DNA from: Octopus sinensis
Lineage: Eukaryota
DNA length: 64,000 bases
Direction of reading: 5' to 3'
NCBI RefSeq assembly: GCF_006345805.1
Contig: NC_042999.1
Span: forward strand, 148,614,001-148,678,000
The position numbers and the translations under genes are program-made. Below, one piece after another: positions 24,889-37,529 of the stretch; position 1 is the stretch's first letter, and every line of letters starts with the position of its first letter. Below the pieces are notes generated by a model that was given only the letters and a program-made list of their open reading frames with translations, searched no databases and had not been told where the DNA came from.

Positions 24889-26306
24889 GTTTTACCGAAC
24901 TAAATTCTACTTACAAAGTATTCTTCAACCTAAGGCTATAGCAGAAAACATTTTCCCAAAGCGCTACACAATAGGACCGAAACTGAGACCATGTGGTTAT
25001 GAAGTTAACATTTTACCCACACCTCCATATAACATCTAATTATGAACAAATATCTCCCCAAGACAGAAAAAAAAAGACAAGAGAACAAATGACTTAGCTA
25101 TAAGATAAAATATGCTAAAGAATATTTTGTAGGCATCTTTGATAAATATTTACTTGGGAAAAAAACTCTAAGCTATATGTCTCAATGATAAGGTCTAAAA
25201 CTTGGATAGTTTTGGTAAAATCTAGCAGATAAAAAAAAAATCAAAGCTCATTTATGCTTGGTATTAGATATCTGTCAGAGATACAGATTAAACAAAGACA
25301 ATATTAAGATTTTCTAACAATATAAATTGATATGCTCTTTTCTTCAGTTGGTAACAAATAACTGACACTAGTCTGAATCAGATTGAAACATTCTTTTCAG
25401 CTAATCAAACTTAATCAATGATTTAGAAGAGAACAAAGAAAAAGAAGAAACGAGAAAAAAAAACCATGAAGAGAAACAGCATTTTCAGAATATCTCTGTG
25501 AGTCATAGACAGAAAATGTAATTTACATTTAATGTCCTTGCAAACAAAGCTAGAATAGAGGAGGTGGAGAGCAACTCCTTTTGACTAAATTTACCTCACC
25601 ATTTTCTGGTCCATAACCTGAACATTTTCAGAGAATTCTAGAAACTTTAGCATATTTTTTATTTATTTATTTATTTATTTATTTATTCCTGAATGGATAG
25701 AAAAACCATATATTGAAATTATGCATGTGACTAAAACAACAAAACCTATATGTAGATGTCTTGGAATTTCAAAAATTCAAAGAGAATTTAGAAAATGATA
25801 AAAGGAAGCAGCCGAGAAGAGGAAAACTACCAATTAATTCTTTGTTCATATATTGATTATTTCTTCAGTTAGAAGTCAATTTTCAATTGACTGAGCACAA
25901 CATGGCTCTAGTAGGTATAGACTATTTTAAAAAAAGGACATTCTGCTGACTAATGTTGACAAAAAAAAATTAATAAAATCCATTTCAAATTCTGATTTTT
26001 TTTCAAGAAATTTATTTTACAATTGTTTTTTTTGTTTTTGTTTTTTTTAAAGATGACTTGGGTTGACAAGTTCTGCAAATTTAAACATTGGCTCAAAATT
26101 TTAAAGTATGTATTTTACACTAGAATAATTTTAAAATTAACCACATTTTAATAAACTCTAGCAGTGAAACCACCTTCCACAAACTCAACCATCAGCAAAG
26201 TTTATTTTAAATTTATTTGACTGGTTGATCAACTAACTAACTTCAAGATTCTAAACGATCTGCTCTTCACAACATCTATAACCCATTTTTGACTCATATA
26301 TACTTA

Positions 26307-26684
26307 CTAGCAGTATCGCCCGGCGTTGCTCGGGTTTGTAAGGGAAATAACTATAAAGCATTTTTAGAGAGTTAAAGCCAAAAAATAGCAAGAAAATGCA
26401 TTAAAAATAGGAAAAAATGATGGTAAATTTTTTTTTAAATCGTTGACTCATCGTAGACATTTTTAGATAGTTACTTCCCTTATATAATAGCGAAAAAATG
26501 CATTAAAATGAAAAAAAATGATGGTAAATTATTTTTAAAATCGTAGACTCATCGTAGACGCGCGCTAATACCCAGAAGGGCTCGATATGATTCACGACTA
26601 TAAAACTGCACCGCAAAATGTGGGAGTAGTTAGGAATCTAAATCGTAGGAGACAGACACACAACCTTACTTTTATATATAAAGA
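26307..26684 (-). mobile_element. Non-autonomous Helitron
   Basis: The minus strand begins A|TC and ends with hairpin CCCGAGC-AAC-GCCGGG followed by CTAG|T. No TSD. About 100-bp internal duplication. Confidence 0.8.
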
Positions 26685-26879
26685 TATGTCATATCTCACC
26701 ATTGACAATTTACTTACAGTCATCTTTTCATTTCTTCTTATAAAGCTCACACACAATAACTCATTTTGAAATATCATGTGACCTTAATTTCTAGTCCTCA
26801 ATTATTTCAATGTAAACATTACCCCACCACCCATGATTCTTTTACTGAGCATAATTATGATAATAAGTAGAAAAATTAA

Positions 26880-27234
26880 CCCTTTCATTACCGTATTTAT
26901 TTTGTGATGTTCTGTGTTTCTTTCAATTATTTTAAATATAACAAAGAATTTAGTAAAATAACCCGGTTATCATTAAGCTAGTGTAAGGAACATAAATTAT
27001 GACTACGGTTTGGTGGAAAATTTTACTTCAGAACTTTCGAAAACAAAACATTTGAACTACAGAGCCAGAATGGTATCAAAAGGGTTAAGAATTGTTTCTC
27101 TATTATATATTTTAACCCTTTTGTTACCGTATTTCTGTTGAGATGTTCTGTGTTTCTTTCAATTATTTTGAATATAACAAAGAGTTTAGTAAAATAACTT
27201 AGTTATCATAAGCTAATGTTAGGAACATAAACTG
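26880..27234 (-). mobile_element. piggyBac-like MITE family 1: full copy 26880-27084 and partial copy 27116-27234
   Basis: TTAA|CCCTT...AGGG|TTAA, homologous to 13283-13502. Confidence 0.8.
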
Positions 27235-27299
27235 TCAAGTAACATCTTTTCTATAGTACCTCTGATCCATACAGAACATAAAAGGAGAAGTATAAAAGA

Positions 27300-27665
27300 A
27301 ATGATAATAATAATGATTTCAAATTTTGGCACAAGGCCAGCAATTTTTTGTGGGATAAGTTGATTACATCAATTCCAGTGTTTAACTGGTACTTATTTTA
27401 TCAACCCCGAAATGATGAAAGGTGAAGTCTACATTGGCAGAATTTGAACTAAGAATGTAAAGACAGACAAAATGCCACTAAGCATTTTGACCAGAATGCT
27501 AAAGATTCTGCTAACTCACCACCTTAATAATAATGATGATGATGATTATTTCTAATATAGGCACAAGGACTCAAAAAATATGTGGAAGGAGTTAGTTAAT
27601 TACATTAATCTCAGTATTTGACAAGTATTTAACTTTATCGACTCCAGAAATATGAAAGGCAAAGC
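27300..27665 (-). mobile_element. Two degenerate SINE B copies with (TAA/TGA)n tails
   Basis: Core gatgaaagg..aagtc.ac..tggcagaatttgaact.agaa. Confidence 0.75.
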
Positions 27666-28944
27666 ATATTCTTTTCCTCACTGAAAAATATTTTCTTCAT
27701 TTTCTGCTTGCACATGTGAAGACTGAAGTTTCCAAGATGAAAGTGTCACAACAACAGAACAATATTCTGAATTTACCAAAGATTTTTCTGATCACAGATT
27801 TAAAATTGAAAAGGAATGACATTATATTCTGATTCACTATGTAAGACCCTAAATGAAATTATATTGCTTACAATTTGGTACAATGGTTTACCAAATGGGG
27901 GCCTGTGTATGCCTGAATGTACAGAGATCAGTACAAAGGCAAGCAATAACCCCAGGATCTCAAACTGCATGCAGAAAACAAGGACCTTACAAAAAATAGC
28001 AGCTAATTCTCTCTAAAATCATACCTTATCATCTTAAAAAATATAGATACATTGGATAATGTTGTATTTGGTGCACAGTATTTTGTAAATAAGATGAGAT
28101 AGTCATGTCTGGAGCGTCTTTGACCCTAGATCTTCTCATTCATAGTTGGTTAACTGTTAAACAATACATAGCTGGATTACTGAAGATTTTGGGTGGGTGA
28201 GTCACCATTGAATGTTTTGTTGTTGAATAGAACATGGAGGATAAGTCAGCCTGGCAGGGTCCATTGTTTCTATAAACTATTGATTATAGCCAGAAATTGC
28301 AGGGACAAGAAGAGATGAAGTGAAATGAAGATGACTCAACTGGGAATTGAACAGGTGTCACAGGACTTTGACAACACTCATCATGGAACTTATTACACTG
28401 AATGTACATGGTTAGATATCTGCATAATAAACTAAGAAAAGTTGAAGAAATTTAACAAAAATGGAAGACAATTTCTGTGTAAGGGTGCCTTTGTTGATGA
28501 CAAACAATAGATATATTATGTAGCTGAGAACAGAGATAAATACCAAAAAAAAAAAAAAGCTTAAAATGTCTAGAACTTGATATGATGCAGTATTGGTGAG
28601 AGACAGATTTGGGAGGTGATACGATAGTAGAAGTGATAGAAGAAAGAAGAAAGATAGGGAAAATATAGATACAATACAGTTTGGAAGTACGTAGGTGTAT
28701 ATTAGATAAAAAACAGAAAGTGAATGGGTGTGAGTGAAAATGTATAAAAAGAGATCTCTGCTAGAAACTAAGTGAAACCATTTATTTACATATTTATTTA
28801 CTCTCACTCTATTTTTTAGGTATTTAACTCCAGTTATATTGTTGTTAATGATAATGTGTAAATATCCTATGTTTCGTTTATTTTTTTCTGGCTAGTTAAC
28901 AAAATAAATCAACCTAAATTCATTTTATCTGTTTCGCGTAAGCA

Positions 28945-29570
28945 TAGCTGTGTGGTTGAGAAGTTCACTTACCAGCCATATGGCTTTGGGTTCAATCTCA
29001 CCAAGCTGCACCATTGGCAAGCATCATTTACTATAGCCCAAGCCAACTAAGACCTTGTGAGCAGAATGGGTAGATGGAAACTGAAAGAAGCCCTTTATAT
29101 GCCATCATCATCATTTAATGTCCACTTTTCCAAGCTTGCATGGGTCAGGTGGAATTTGTTGATTCAAATCTTCTATGGCCTTCCAGTTGCCAAACCTCAC
29201 CTGTTTCCAAGCAAGATTAATATTACTCCATGGCCTGACATATTTTCATGGAAGACTAGAAATAAACAGTATCACTTTCATTACAGTGCTGCTCATTTAC
29301 AACCAGTTCAGACAAGAGCACACAAAGACACACACACACACACACACATACATACATACATATATATATATTTATCTATTTATGTGAAGGCATGTGACTT
29401 AGTATTTAGGGTGTTGCACTCACAATCTAGCAATCGTGAGTTTGAATCTCGGACCAGACGCTGTGTTGTGTCCTTCAGCAAAACTCTTCATTTCATGTTG
29501 TTCCAGTCCACTCAGCTGTAAATGAGTAGACATGTGATGGAATAACCTTCCAACCAGGGCGAATGCTTGC
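28945..29570. mobile_element. Nest of SINE fragments (A head +, RTE-tail SINE -, C-like head +)
   Basis: Similarity to the other copies. This explains ORF 29057..29521. Confidence 0.7.
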
Positions 29571-30050
29571 ACCATTCAAAATCCAAAGCAATGTAAAGTA
29601 CATTGTGACCAGTGATTTATAACAAGATTCAATAGTCTGGTTGATACTGTGATACTGTTTAATGTGTGTGTGCATATATATATATCCATAAATATAAGAG
29701 AGTTAACATTAAATAGGTCAACTCTAGTGCTAGAAATAACTCCGTATTCTGGTACAGCCGCCGACGATACCTCCACATAGAAATAGCACTACCCTCAACG
29801 TAAGGAAAGTGAAATACAACTAAAAAATAGATTAATGTTGTACAATTGTTTCTTTATCAATATAATATGCAAATTATACTCACATATATATCTATAAATC
29901 ATCAGCAACATTTGTCATTGATACAATTTATCAGACCTACATGTGCTAGGTCGCTTGGTGTTAAACCAATGGTATTATTAAATTAATATCTAATTTTTCA
30001 CCCTCACTTTTGAATGTATATATATATATATATTTATATTCTCTCTCTGT

Positions 30051-30733
30051 TTATCACCTCCGCCAAGGAAGGAGGTTAAGTTTTCATCAGCATTGGTTTG
30101 CCTGTCTGTCTGTCAGTGTGCAAAATAACTCAAAAGGTTATGAATGGTATTTGATGAAACTTGTGAGAAAAGTTGGTAATGACACAAGGAACAGATCATG
30201 AAATTTTGGTAGTGATCCAGGAATTTTTATGGATTCTTGAAGGATTTTTCATTTGTTATATTTACTTTACATGAAGTATTACAATGTTACGTTCTTTGAT
30301 TATCTCCCTTGAAAACATGTTCATCATTTCCACTTAACCTATGGTGGCATTGCTGTTTCCAAAGTTTTATTTTCGTTTCTCTATTAGTAATTTTACTCAC
30401 CTGTCTATGGACTCTTGGGGGATGGTTGATACTATACTGACCACAGAGGGATGTAAAGTAGGTAGGTAGGTAGGTTTAGTTTTGTAAGTAGACAGATACC
30501 TCTTTTATCTTTGCCAAGGAATCATCTGACCATCGACCTTGGTGATTTCAATCTGGATCTTCTTGATTCCCCTAACCATGAGATCTTGACGGCTATGAAC
30601 CAGTTTGGGTTACGCTGACTATGGAAGCCTGCAAGATCATGTTTACGTGAACCAGGATCGATGTCCACAAGTCACCGTAACCGACTGTTACTTTTCCGAC
30701 CATGATGCTGTGTGTGTATCACTCAAGTTTTAG
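30051..30733 (+). mobile_element. Helentron (Helitron2)-type element: 5' end plus decayed C-terminal AP endonuclease
   Basis: 5' TTATCACCTCCGCCAAGG..GGAGGT stem-loop. At 30538-30733: LGDFNLDLLDSPNHEILTAMNQFGL/TDYGSLQDHVYVNQDRCPQVTVTDCYFSDHDAVCVSLKF*. Confidence 0.7.
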
Positions 30734-31208
30734 GTAATTGTTGTTTCTTTTTAGTTGTATGGTGAAACTAGCTTGCTGTTGTCATTAATGTATTATAACT
30801 ACTTCAGATGATTCCTGTTTTTAAAGGGATTTTCTTTAAAAATCATATGGCTGTGTTATTTTTTAAACCCTGCCAATGAGGGTTGTGTGGTAAGAAGCTT
30901 GCTTCTCAACCACATGGTTCCAGGTTCAGTCCCACTGTGAGACACATTGGGCAAGTGTCTTCACCTATGGCCTTCAGCTGACATAAGTACCAATTTAAAA
31001 AGAAGAAATAGATGTACTGGGGCTGATTCATTCAACTAAAATTTCTTCAAGGTGGTGCCCCAGCATGGCCACAATCTAATGATTGAAACAAGTAAAATAT
31101 AAAAGATAATTATTTATGCTGTTGTTACAGTTAGCTCCACTCAAACAAACCATTAGCAATTGGTAAATTGGAGACTGAATCAACTGTGAAACATTGTAAA
31201 GACATACT

Positions 31209-31424
31209 CTTTTCTACTCTAGGCACAAGGCCAAAAATTTTTGGGGAGGAGGCCGGTTGATTAGATCGACCCCAGTACGCAACTGGTACTTAATTTATTG
31301 ACCCCTGAAAGGATGAAAGGCAAAGTCGACTTTGGTGGGATTTGAACTCAGAACATAAAGACAGATGAAATACCGCTAAGCATTTCGCCCGGCGTGCTAA
31401 CATATCTGCCAGCTCACCACCTTG
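31209..31424 (-). mobile_element. SINE family B with 15-bp TSD
   Basis: TSD ttgtaaagacatact at 31194-31208 and 31425-31439. Confidence 0.9.
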
Positions 31425-32119
31425 TTGTAAAGACATACTGACAAGACTTAAATTAGTACAATAAACATTCTGTCTCTAGTAAGGAACAGAAAGTAAGGTG
31501 TTTAGGCATTGATGCCACAAATGCACAATGATGAAGAACACATTAGTTGACTGCTGATTCAGTAAAAGCTTTATCGTCTTATACTGAAACACAGAATGTG
31601 TGTATATCGTCTTATTTTGCGAGAGAGATGGAGGAGAGATTAATAATAAATGCCACAACAGTCTATTAATGAATTTGGTATATTCTTGAAAAGAGGGTGG
31701 ATCCCTAATTGAAAAGAATCCATTAGGTTAATTAAAGTGTTTTTGTGTGCTGCCAAATAGGATAGCTATTATCTCTTTTAGTCCTGCAGTTCTTATGGTA
31801 TAATCATCAGCTGCCTTTATAGGCCTATGGTACTTTAGTTTCTGGGAGAAGGCTTGTCAATTACAAACAACCTAGGAATCTTGCACACTGTTTACACCAT
31901 TGTTTATCATACACTAGGACCATATTGTACATGCAGTGTTTGTTAGTGTAGTGTTCAGCAAAAAATACAATATAACTGACAATAATACTGCACATCTCTT
32001 GTTATTTACTTAAATATTCTAAAATGAAAGTGCATACATTTACAGATATTGCTTGTTGCTTGGGTCTTTCGTAGTGTTTCAGACACACATATGCTAGAGT
32101 GGTGGACTACTGCTGTTTT

Positions 32120-33265
32120 TTGGGTCAAATTCTAAGCGTGCTAACATTTCTGCCAGCTTGCTACCTTAAAATAGTTATATTCTTTTCTGCTCTAGGCACA
32201 AGGCTTGAAATTTTTGGGGAAGTGGGGGGGGGGGGAGAGTCGATTAGATCAACCACAGTACGCAACTGGTACTTAATTTATTGAATCCCCAAAGGATGAA
32301 AGGCAAAGTTGACCTCGGCAGAATTTGAACTCTGAGAATGAAGACAGACGAAATACTGCTAAGCATTTTGCCCAGCGTGCTAACGTTTCTGCCAGTTCGC
32401 TGCTTTTAAAATAACATTCTTTTTTACTCTAGGCACAAGGCCCAAAATTTTGGGGGAGAGAGCCAGTCAATTAGATCGACACCAGTATGCAACTGGTACT
32501 TAATTTATTGACCTTGAAAGGATGAAAGGCAAAGTTGACCTCGATGGAATTTGAACTCAGAATGTAAAGACAGATGAAATATTACTAAGCTTTGCGCCTG
32601 CTGTGCTAATGTTTCTGCCAGTTTGCCACCTTATGTTGTGACATAATATTTGCTTCAAATTTTGGCACAAAGTCAGCAACATTGGTGGGGAGATAAGTCG
32701 ACTACAATTGACTCCAGTGTTCATCTGAAAGGATGAAAAGTGAAGTCAACAGCAGTGGAATTTGAACTCAGAATGTGAAGATGGACGAAATGTCGCTAGG
32801 CGCAGGAGTGGCTGTGTGGTAAGTAGCTTGCATACCAACCACATGGTTCCGGGTTCAGTCCCACTGCGTGGCATCTTGGGCAAGTGTCTTCTGCTATAGT
32901 CCCGGGCCGACCAATGCCTTGTGAGTGGATTTGGTAGACGGAAACTGAAAGAAGCCTGTCGTATATATGTATATATATATATGTGTGTGTGTATATATGT
33001 TTGTGTGTCTGTGTTTGTCCCCCTAGCATTGCTTGACAACCGATGCTGGTGTGTTTACGTCCCCGTCACTTAGCGGTTCGGCAAAAGAGACCGATAGAAT
33101 AAGTACTGGGCTTACAAAGAATAAGTCCCAGAGTCGATTTGCTCAACTAAAGGCGGTGCTCCAGCATGGCCGCAGTCAAATGATTGAAACAGATAAAAGA
33201 GTAAAAGAGTAAAGAGTAGGCATTTAGCCTAGCGTGCAAACAGTTCTGCTAACTTTCTGTCTTAT
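32120..33265 (-). mobile_element. Head-to-tail array of about four SINE B copies, the last split by a plus-strand SINE A
   Basis: Repeated tail ttttctactctaggcacaagg and core. The B sequence resumes at 33219 (gcatttagcctagcgtgc). Confidence 0.85.
32798..33218 (+). mobile_element. Full-length, young SINE family A
   Basis: Complete head, microsatellite and tail, with CpGs intact. Confidence 0.95.
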
Positions 33266-34719
33266 TTAGTGACATAACACTGACGTATTTTGACTGAACA
33301 CCAGGACGATATTCATATAAAAGTAGACCTATTTGAGTAATTTGGCTTTCAGATGAAAGGCAAAGTTAATTCAAATGACATCTGAACTCAAAATAGAGAA
33401 GGACATCAAGTCTGGTGCTTTACTTATTTCTACCAACTCAACCTATTAATTTCTACTGATTAGTACCAAAAGAGTTTTATGATTTGTGTGTGTGTGTGTG
33501 TGTATGTGTGCATGAAAGAGAGAGAGAGAGAGGAATGGGAAATAGTCACATTTATGCCTTTCCCAATGACATTAATTGAAGTATCTGCTTGCTGAGAGCT
33601 TTCGTCCTCCTCTACAGCAATTACTTCAATAACATACAATATTGATTCTTTACATTTGTGACAGAAAGCTACAAATTTATAGAGAAGGGGTAATATTTGA
33701 TTGAACAGACTTTCAATATATCACCAATATTTTATTGGCACAAGAGAGAGAGAGATGGGGGGAAGAGACAAAGTTGACCTCAAATGAATTTGGACTCAAA
33801 AAATAAAAAGATATCGCTAAACCTGGGGTTTTCTGTCAGATGCTCCACCAACTCTATCATCTGCCATCCTGGAAACACACACACACACACACAATATTGA
33901 AAGTCTTATATTGAATTATTTCCTTTCATTCAAAATTCAAGTTCTACAAATGTTTTTTTTTTTATGTTTTATTTTATCTTTGCTAGAATTTGTACTTACA
34001 TATTCTACATTCTGTTGCTGATTTATTGCAACAGAGAGAAAATGAAAAAAGACTAAGTGACATTTATAGATTTTTCAGGTGTACAAAAGCAGCATGTAAA
34101 GTGAAATAGTTATAAGTGATACTCAAAACTGGTTAACAAACTCCAACTTGGTGCCACTTGTCTATACATTCTTGACAAACAAATTTCTCAAAAGACAGAG
34201 CAGTAAATGAAAGTTACACAGGATAGTCAGCATTGCTTTAAGTGCAGGAATTAAGTATGCAAAACACAATATAATCTATGTTTATACAAATAGATTGTTT
34301 CCTTTTTATATACAGGATTTATACTGTTTCACTGTTTACAGGAAATACAGAATAACAGCAGACATTCACTCACTCCTTCCTTGAGAGTTTCAACTAGATG
34401 AAGTGATGTAGAAGGGATAGAAAGAAAAAGAGAAAAAGCAAAATAGATTTCAGAATTTTTGTTTACTAGTAAACCTATCTCAATGTGATTGCCAACAAAA
34501 TTAGAAATGACAGAGACTTTGATGAAGATACAGTTGGTTGAGATAATTAACACTTCTCATTTGCAGTACTATAACTAAGGGAAAATGTAAAAATGTTCTT
34601 TTTTTTTTTTTTACTTGTGAGATCTAACTGCAATTAAAGAGATGCTTCACAGGACATATTTATGTTAGTCTCAAGAATACAATGAATCTAAAGTACAGTC
34701 CGGCCTTCAGCAAAATAAT

Positions 34720-34932
34720 AATGATGATTTCAGGTGAAGGGTGTAAGTTGATAAAATCAACCCCAGTGCTCAACAGATACTTATATTTATCAACCCCTAG
34801 AGAGGATAAAAGGCAAAGCTGACCTTGGCAGAATTTGAACTCAGAGCATAGAGATGGATTTTGCTTGGTATGCTAACAGTTCTACAAGGTCACCACTCTA
34901 ATAACAATAACAATAATAATTATAATAACAAC

Positions 34933-34975
<43 letters not shown>

Positions 34976-35655
34976 TCTACTACAGGCACAAGGCCTGAAA
35001 TTGGTGGTGGGGAGTTAAGTCGATTCCATCGACCCCAGTGCGTAACTAGTACTTATTTCATCAACCCTGAAAGGATGGAAGGCAAAGTTGACCTTAGCTG
35101 AATTTGAACTCAGAACATAGCAGCAGGCGATATACTGCTAAGCATTTTGCCCAGTGTACTATCAATTCTGCCAGCTTGCACCATAATAATAATAATAATA
35201 ATAATAATATTACTGTCACAGTAAATACTAGTAAGGATTTATGAATTAGGTACAAGGACAGCTATTTTGAGGGGAGGGAGAGAAGTCAATACTATTAACC
35301 TGAGTACTTGACTGGTAATTTATTGATCCGAAAATGATGAGAGGCAATATAGACCTCAGCAGGATTTGAACTCTGAACATAAAGAGCTGGAAGAAAATAC
35401 CACTAAGTATTTTCATTAAAGCTCTACATGTTACTGTCAGTTCATGACCTTGAAATGGTTTCTAATCCAGGCTCAAGGCCAACAGTTTTGAGGGGGAATG
35501 TGTTGGTTGATACCATCAACCTCAGTGCTTGACTGTTGTTTATTTTATTGACCCCAGAAGAAAGAAAGGAAAAGTTGAGCATGGTAAAATTTGAACTCAG
35601 AACCAAAAGAATACAAAACATTTTTCCTACACTCTATCAAGTCAACCAGCTCACT
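34720..35655 (-). mobile_element. Head-to-tail array of four SINE B copies, separated in part by (TAA)n tails
   Basis: Four cores ggcaaagttgacct..ggcagaatttgaactcagaac, all in the same orientation. Confidence 0.85.
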
Positions 35656-35659
35656 ACCA

Positions 35660-35661
35660 GC

Positions 35662-35747
<86 letters not shown>

Positions 35748-35885
35748 CAGCAGCAGCAGCAGCAGTAGTAGTGGTAGTAGTAGTAGTAGTAGCAGCAGCA
35801 TTACTAGTAGTAGTGGAGGTGATGATAGTGGTAGTAGTGTTGTTGTTGTTATTATTATTATTATGTAGTAGTAGTAGTAGTAGTA
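35660..35885. repeat. Compound trinucleotide repeat (ACC/ACT then AGT/AGC/GTT/ATT)
   Basis: Visible directly. It generates the poly-T/S/V/L ORFs at 35536-35985. Confidence 0.95.
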
Positions 35886-36534
35886 GTTTCTTACAGAAGA
35901 CACAAAGTTTCAAATTGGAAGGTAGGGACCAATTGATCACAATGACTACAGTACATGACTGAAAATGGTGCCCCAGCATGGCCACAGTCTAATATGTAAA
36001 CCCAGTAATAAAATAGTAAAAATAATAGAGTATATGTCTTATATTAGAATCAACTTTAAACTGAAGAAGAAGAGTGAGTGTGTGCTTACCTGACGATCCA
36101 TGGGCATACCTAGATTTTACCAACACTCCACCTAGGAGGATCCATGAAATAAAGTCTAGTACTCAGCCCTTGATTGTAACCCAGGAGATTGGCTGGAGAG
36201 GTAAACCTGCAAATAATAAAACAAATACATTAATTAAGATTAATAGAAAGTGTGTGTGAGAGAGAGAGAGAGAAATGAAGTGACTCTGAGGAAGAGAATA
36301 ATTGACCTGAAGGTAGATTGCAGAAAGCCTTTCAGTCCAGACACAGAAGCCTGTAATGTAACATGGTTGGTCATAGGAAGGATATCCAGTTAAAAATGAA
36401 ATGTAAGAGTAATAAGTAGTCTTTCAACCCATTCCAGCATGTAAATGTAAAGGTAAACATAATGACCATAATAAATATATTATCAAATTCCTTAATATAT
36501 ATGTTATATATATATTATCAAGTTTCCTTAATAT

Positions 36535-36806
36535 ATATTCTGTTGTGTCTGGGGAGTCATTTTCATTTTGTGCCTTATAATTTAACACACTCACCAGTAA
36601 AATTACTACTTATTTCTTATTTTTATTTTCCTAAAATTTTAGTTGCGTCTTGCAACCTTTTCAATAGACTTCACTATTGAAAAGGTTGCAAGATGCAACG
36701 AAAATTTTAGGAAAATAAAAATAAGAAATAAGTAGTAATTTTACTGCTGAGTGTGTTAAATTATAAGGCACAAAATGAAAATGACTTCCCAGACACAACG
36801 GAATAT
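36535..36806. repeat. Long foldback inverted repeat (133-bp arms, 6-nt spacer), probably MITE-like
   Basis: Arms 36535-36667 and 36674-36806, with 5 mismatches by hand alignment. Confidence 0.95.
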
Positions 36807-37074
36807 TGCAAACCAAATCCAAAAACTAAACTTAATATATATGTTATATACATATATATTATCAAGTTCCCTTAATATATATATTTTATATATCATCAAG
36901 TTCCTTTCATATATATATACACACACACAGACATGTAGGAAGTAAATAGACACTTTTAATGTTCAAAATTTCTGATCTAAGTATCTTATATGTTTTCAGC
37001 AGTGTAGAATTTACAATGTAATTATTCTTTTTCATTCAAGGCGCCATTATATTAAACATTTGCAAAGAGTAACC

Positions 37075-37420
37075 ATGCCACACACAAAAAATTCAGCAGA
37101 ACTATCAGATTTTCAAAAGAAGTTGTATTGTTGGGCAATCTTAAGCTGGTCCTTAGCCAGCGAAAAATTGCTGAAAATCTTCAAATTCCTTTTGCTACTG
37201 TTGATAGAATAAGCCAAGGAAAAGAATCAACAGATTCTCATCCCAGCCAACCTGGGCCCACAGAAAGGAAGCTTCGCTGTTTGAAGAGAATTGTTGAAAA
37301 CAAACCCCGTTTGAAGCTTCTGACATTGCAAAACAGCTAGAAGTTAGTCGAAGAATGTGTGTTACATATCTGCATAAGCTTGGGTATTATGGATGAGCAG
37401 CTAGAAGACAACTTCTCCTT
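37075..37420 (+). pseudogene. Tc1-like transposase N-terminal (HTH) relic
   Basis: MP...AELSDFQK....LSQRKIAENLQIPFATVDRI...GKEST...PGPTERKLRCLKRIVENKPR. Confidence 0.75.
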
Positions 37421-37529
37421 CAATTAATTAATATCATGAAAAGAAAGAGTCCTTATTATCCCCAAGAATTTCATTGTTACCCTACTTGGGGTAATTTACC
37501 CTGGTTCATCAACCCCTGCCCAGTAGCTG

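Noticed and set aside
29057-29521. 154-aa ORF, the longest in the track
   Set aside because: It runs across SINE fragments and a (CA/TA)n tract.
32798-32900. tRNA genes in SINE heads (also B and C heads)
   Set aside because: A/B-box-like motifs are present, but they run into SINE bodies with TSDs and lack a complete cloverleaf and T-run terminator.
33550-33670. Cadherin-like reading YVIEVIAVEEDESSQQADTSINVI on the minus strand
   Set aside because: Lacks the A.D and D.ND calcium motifs, has no convincing GT donor in that frame, and no neighbouring cadherin repeats.
35536-35985. Overlapping 88-146 aa ORFs with poly-T/S/V/L
   Set aside because: Translations of a trinucleotide repeat and an adjacent SINE; no coding signal.
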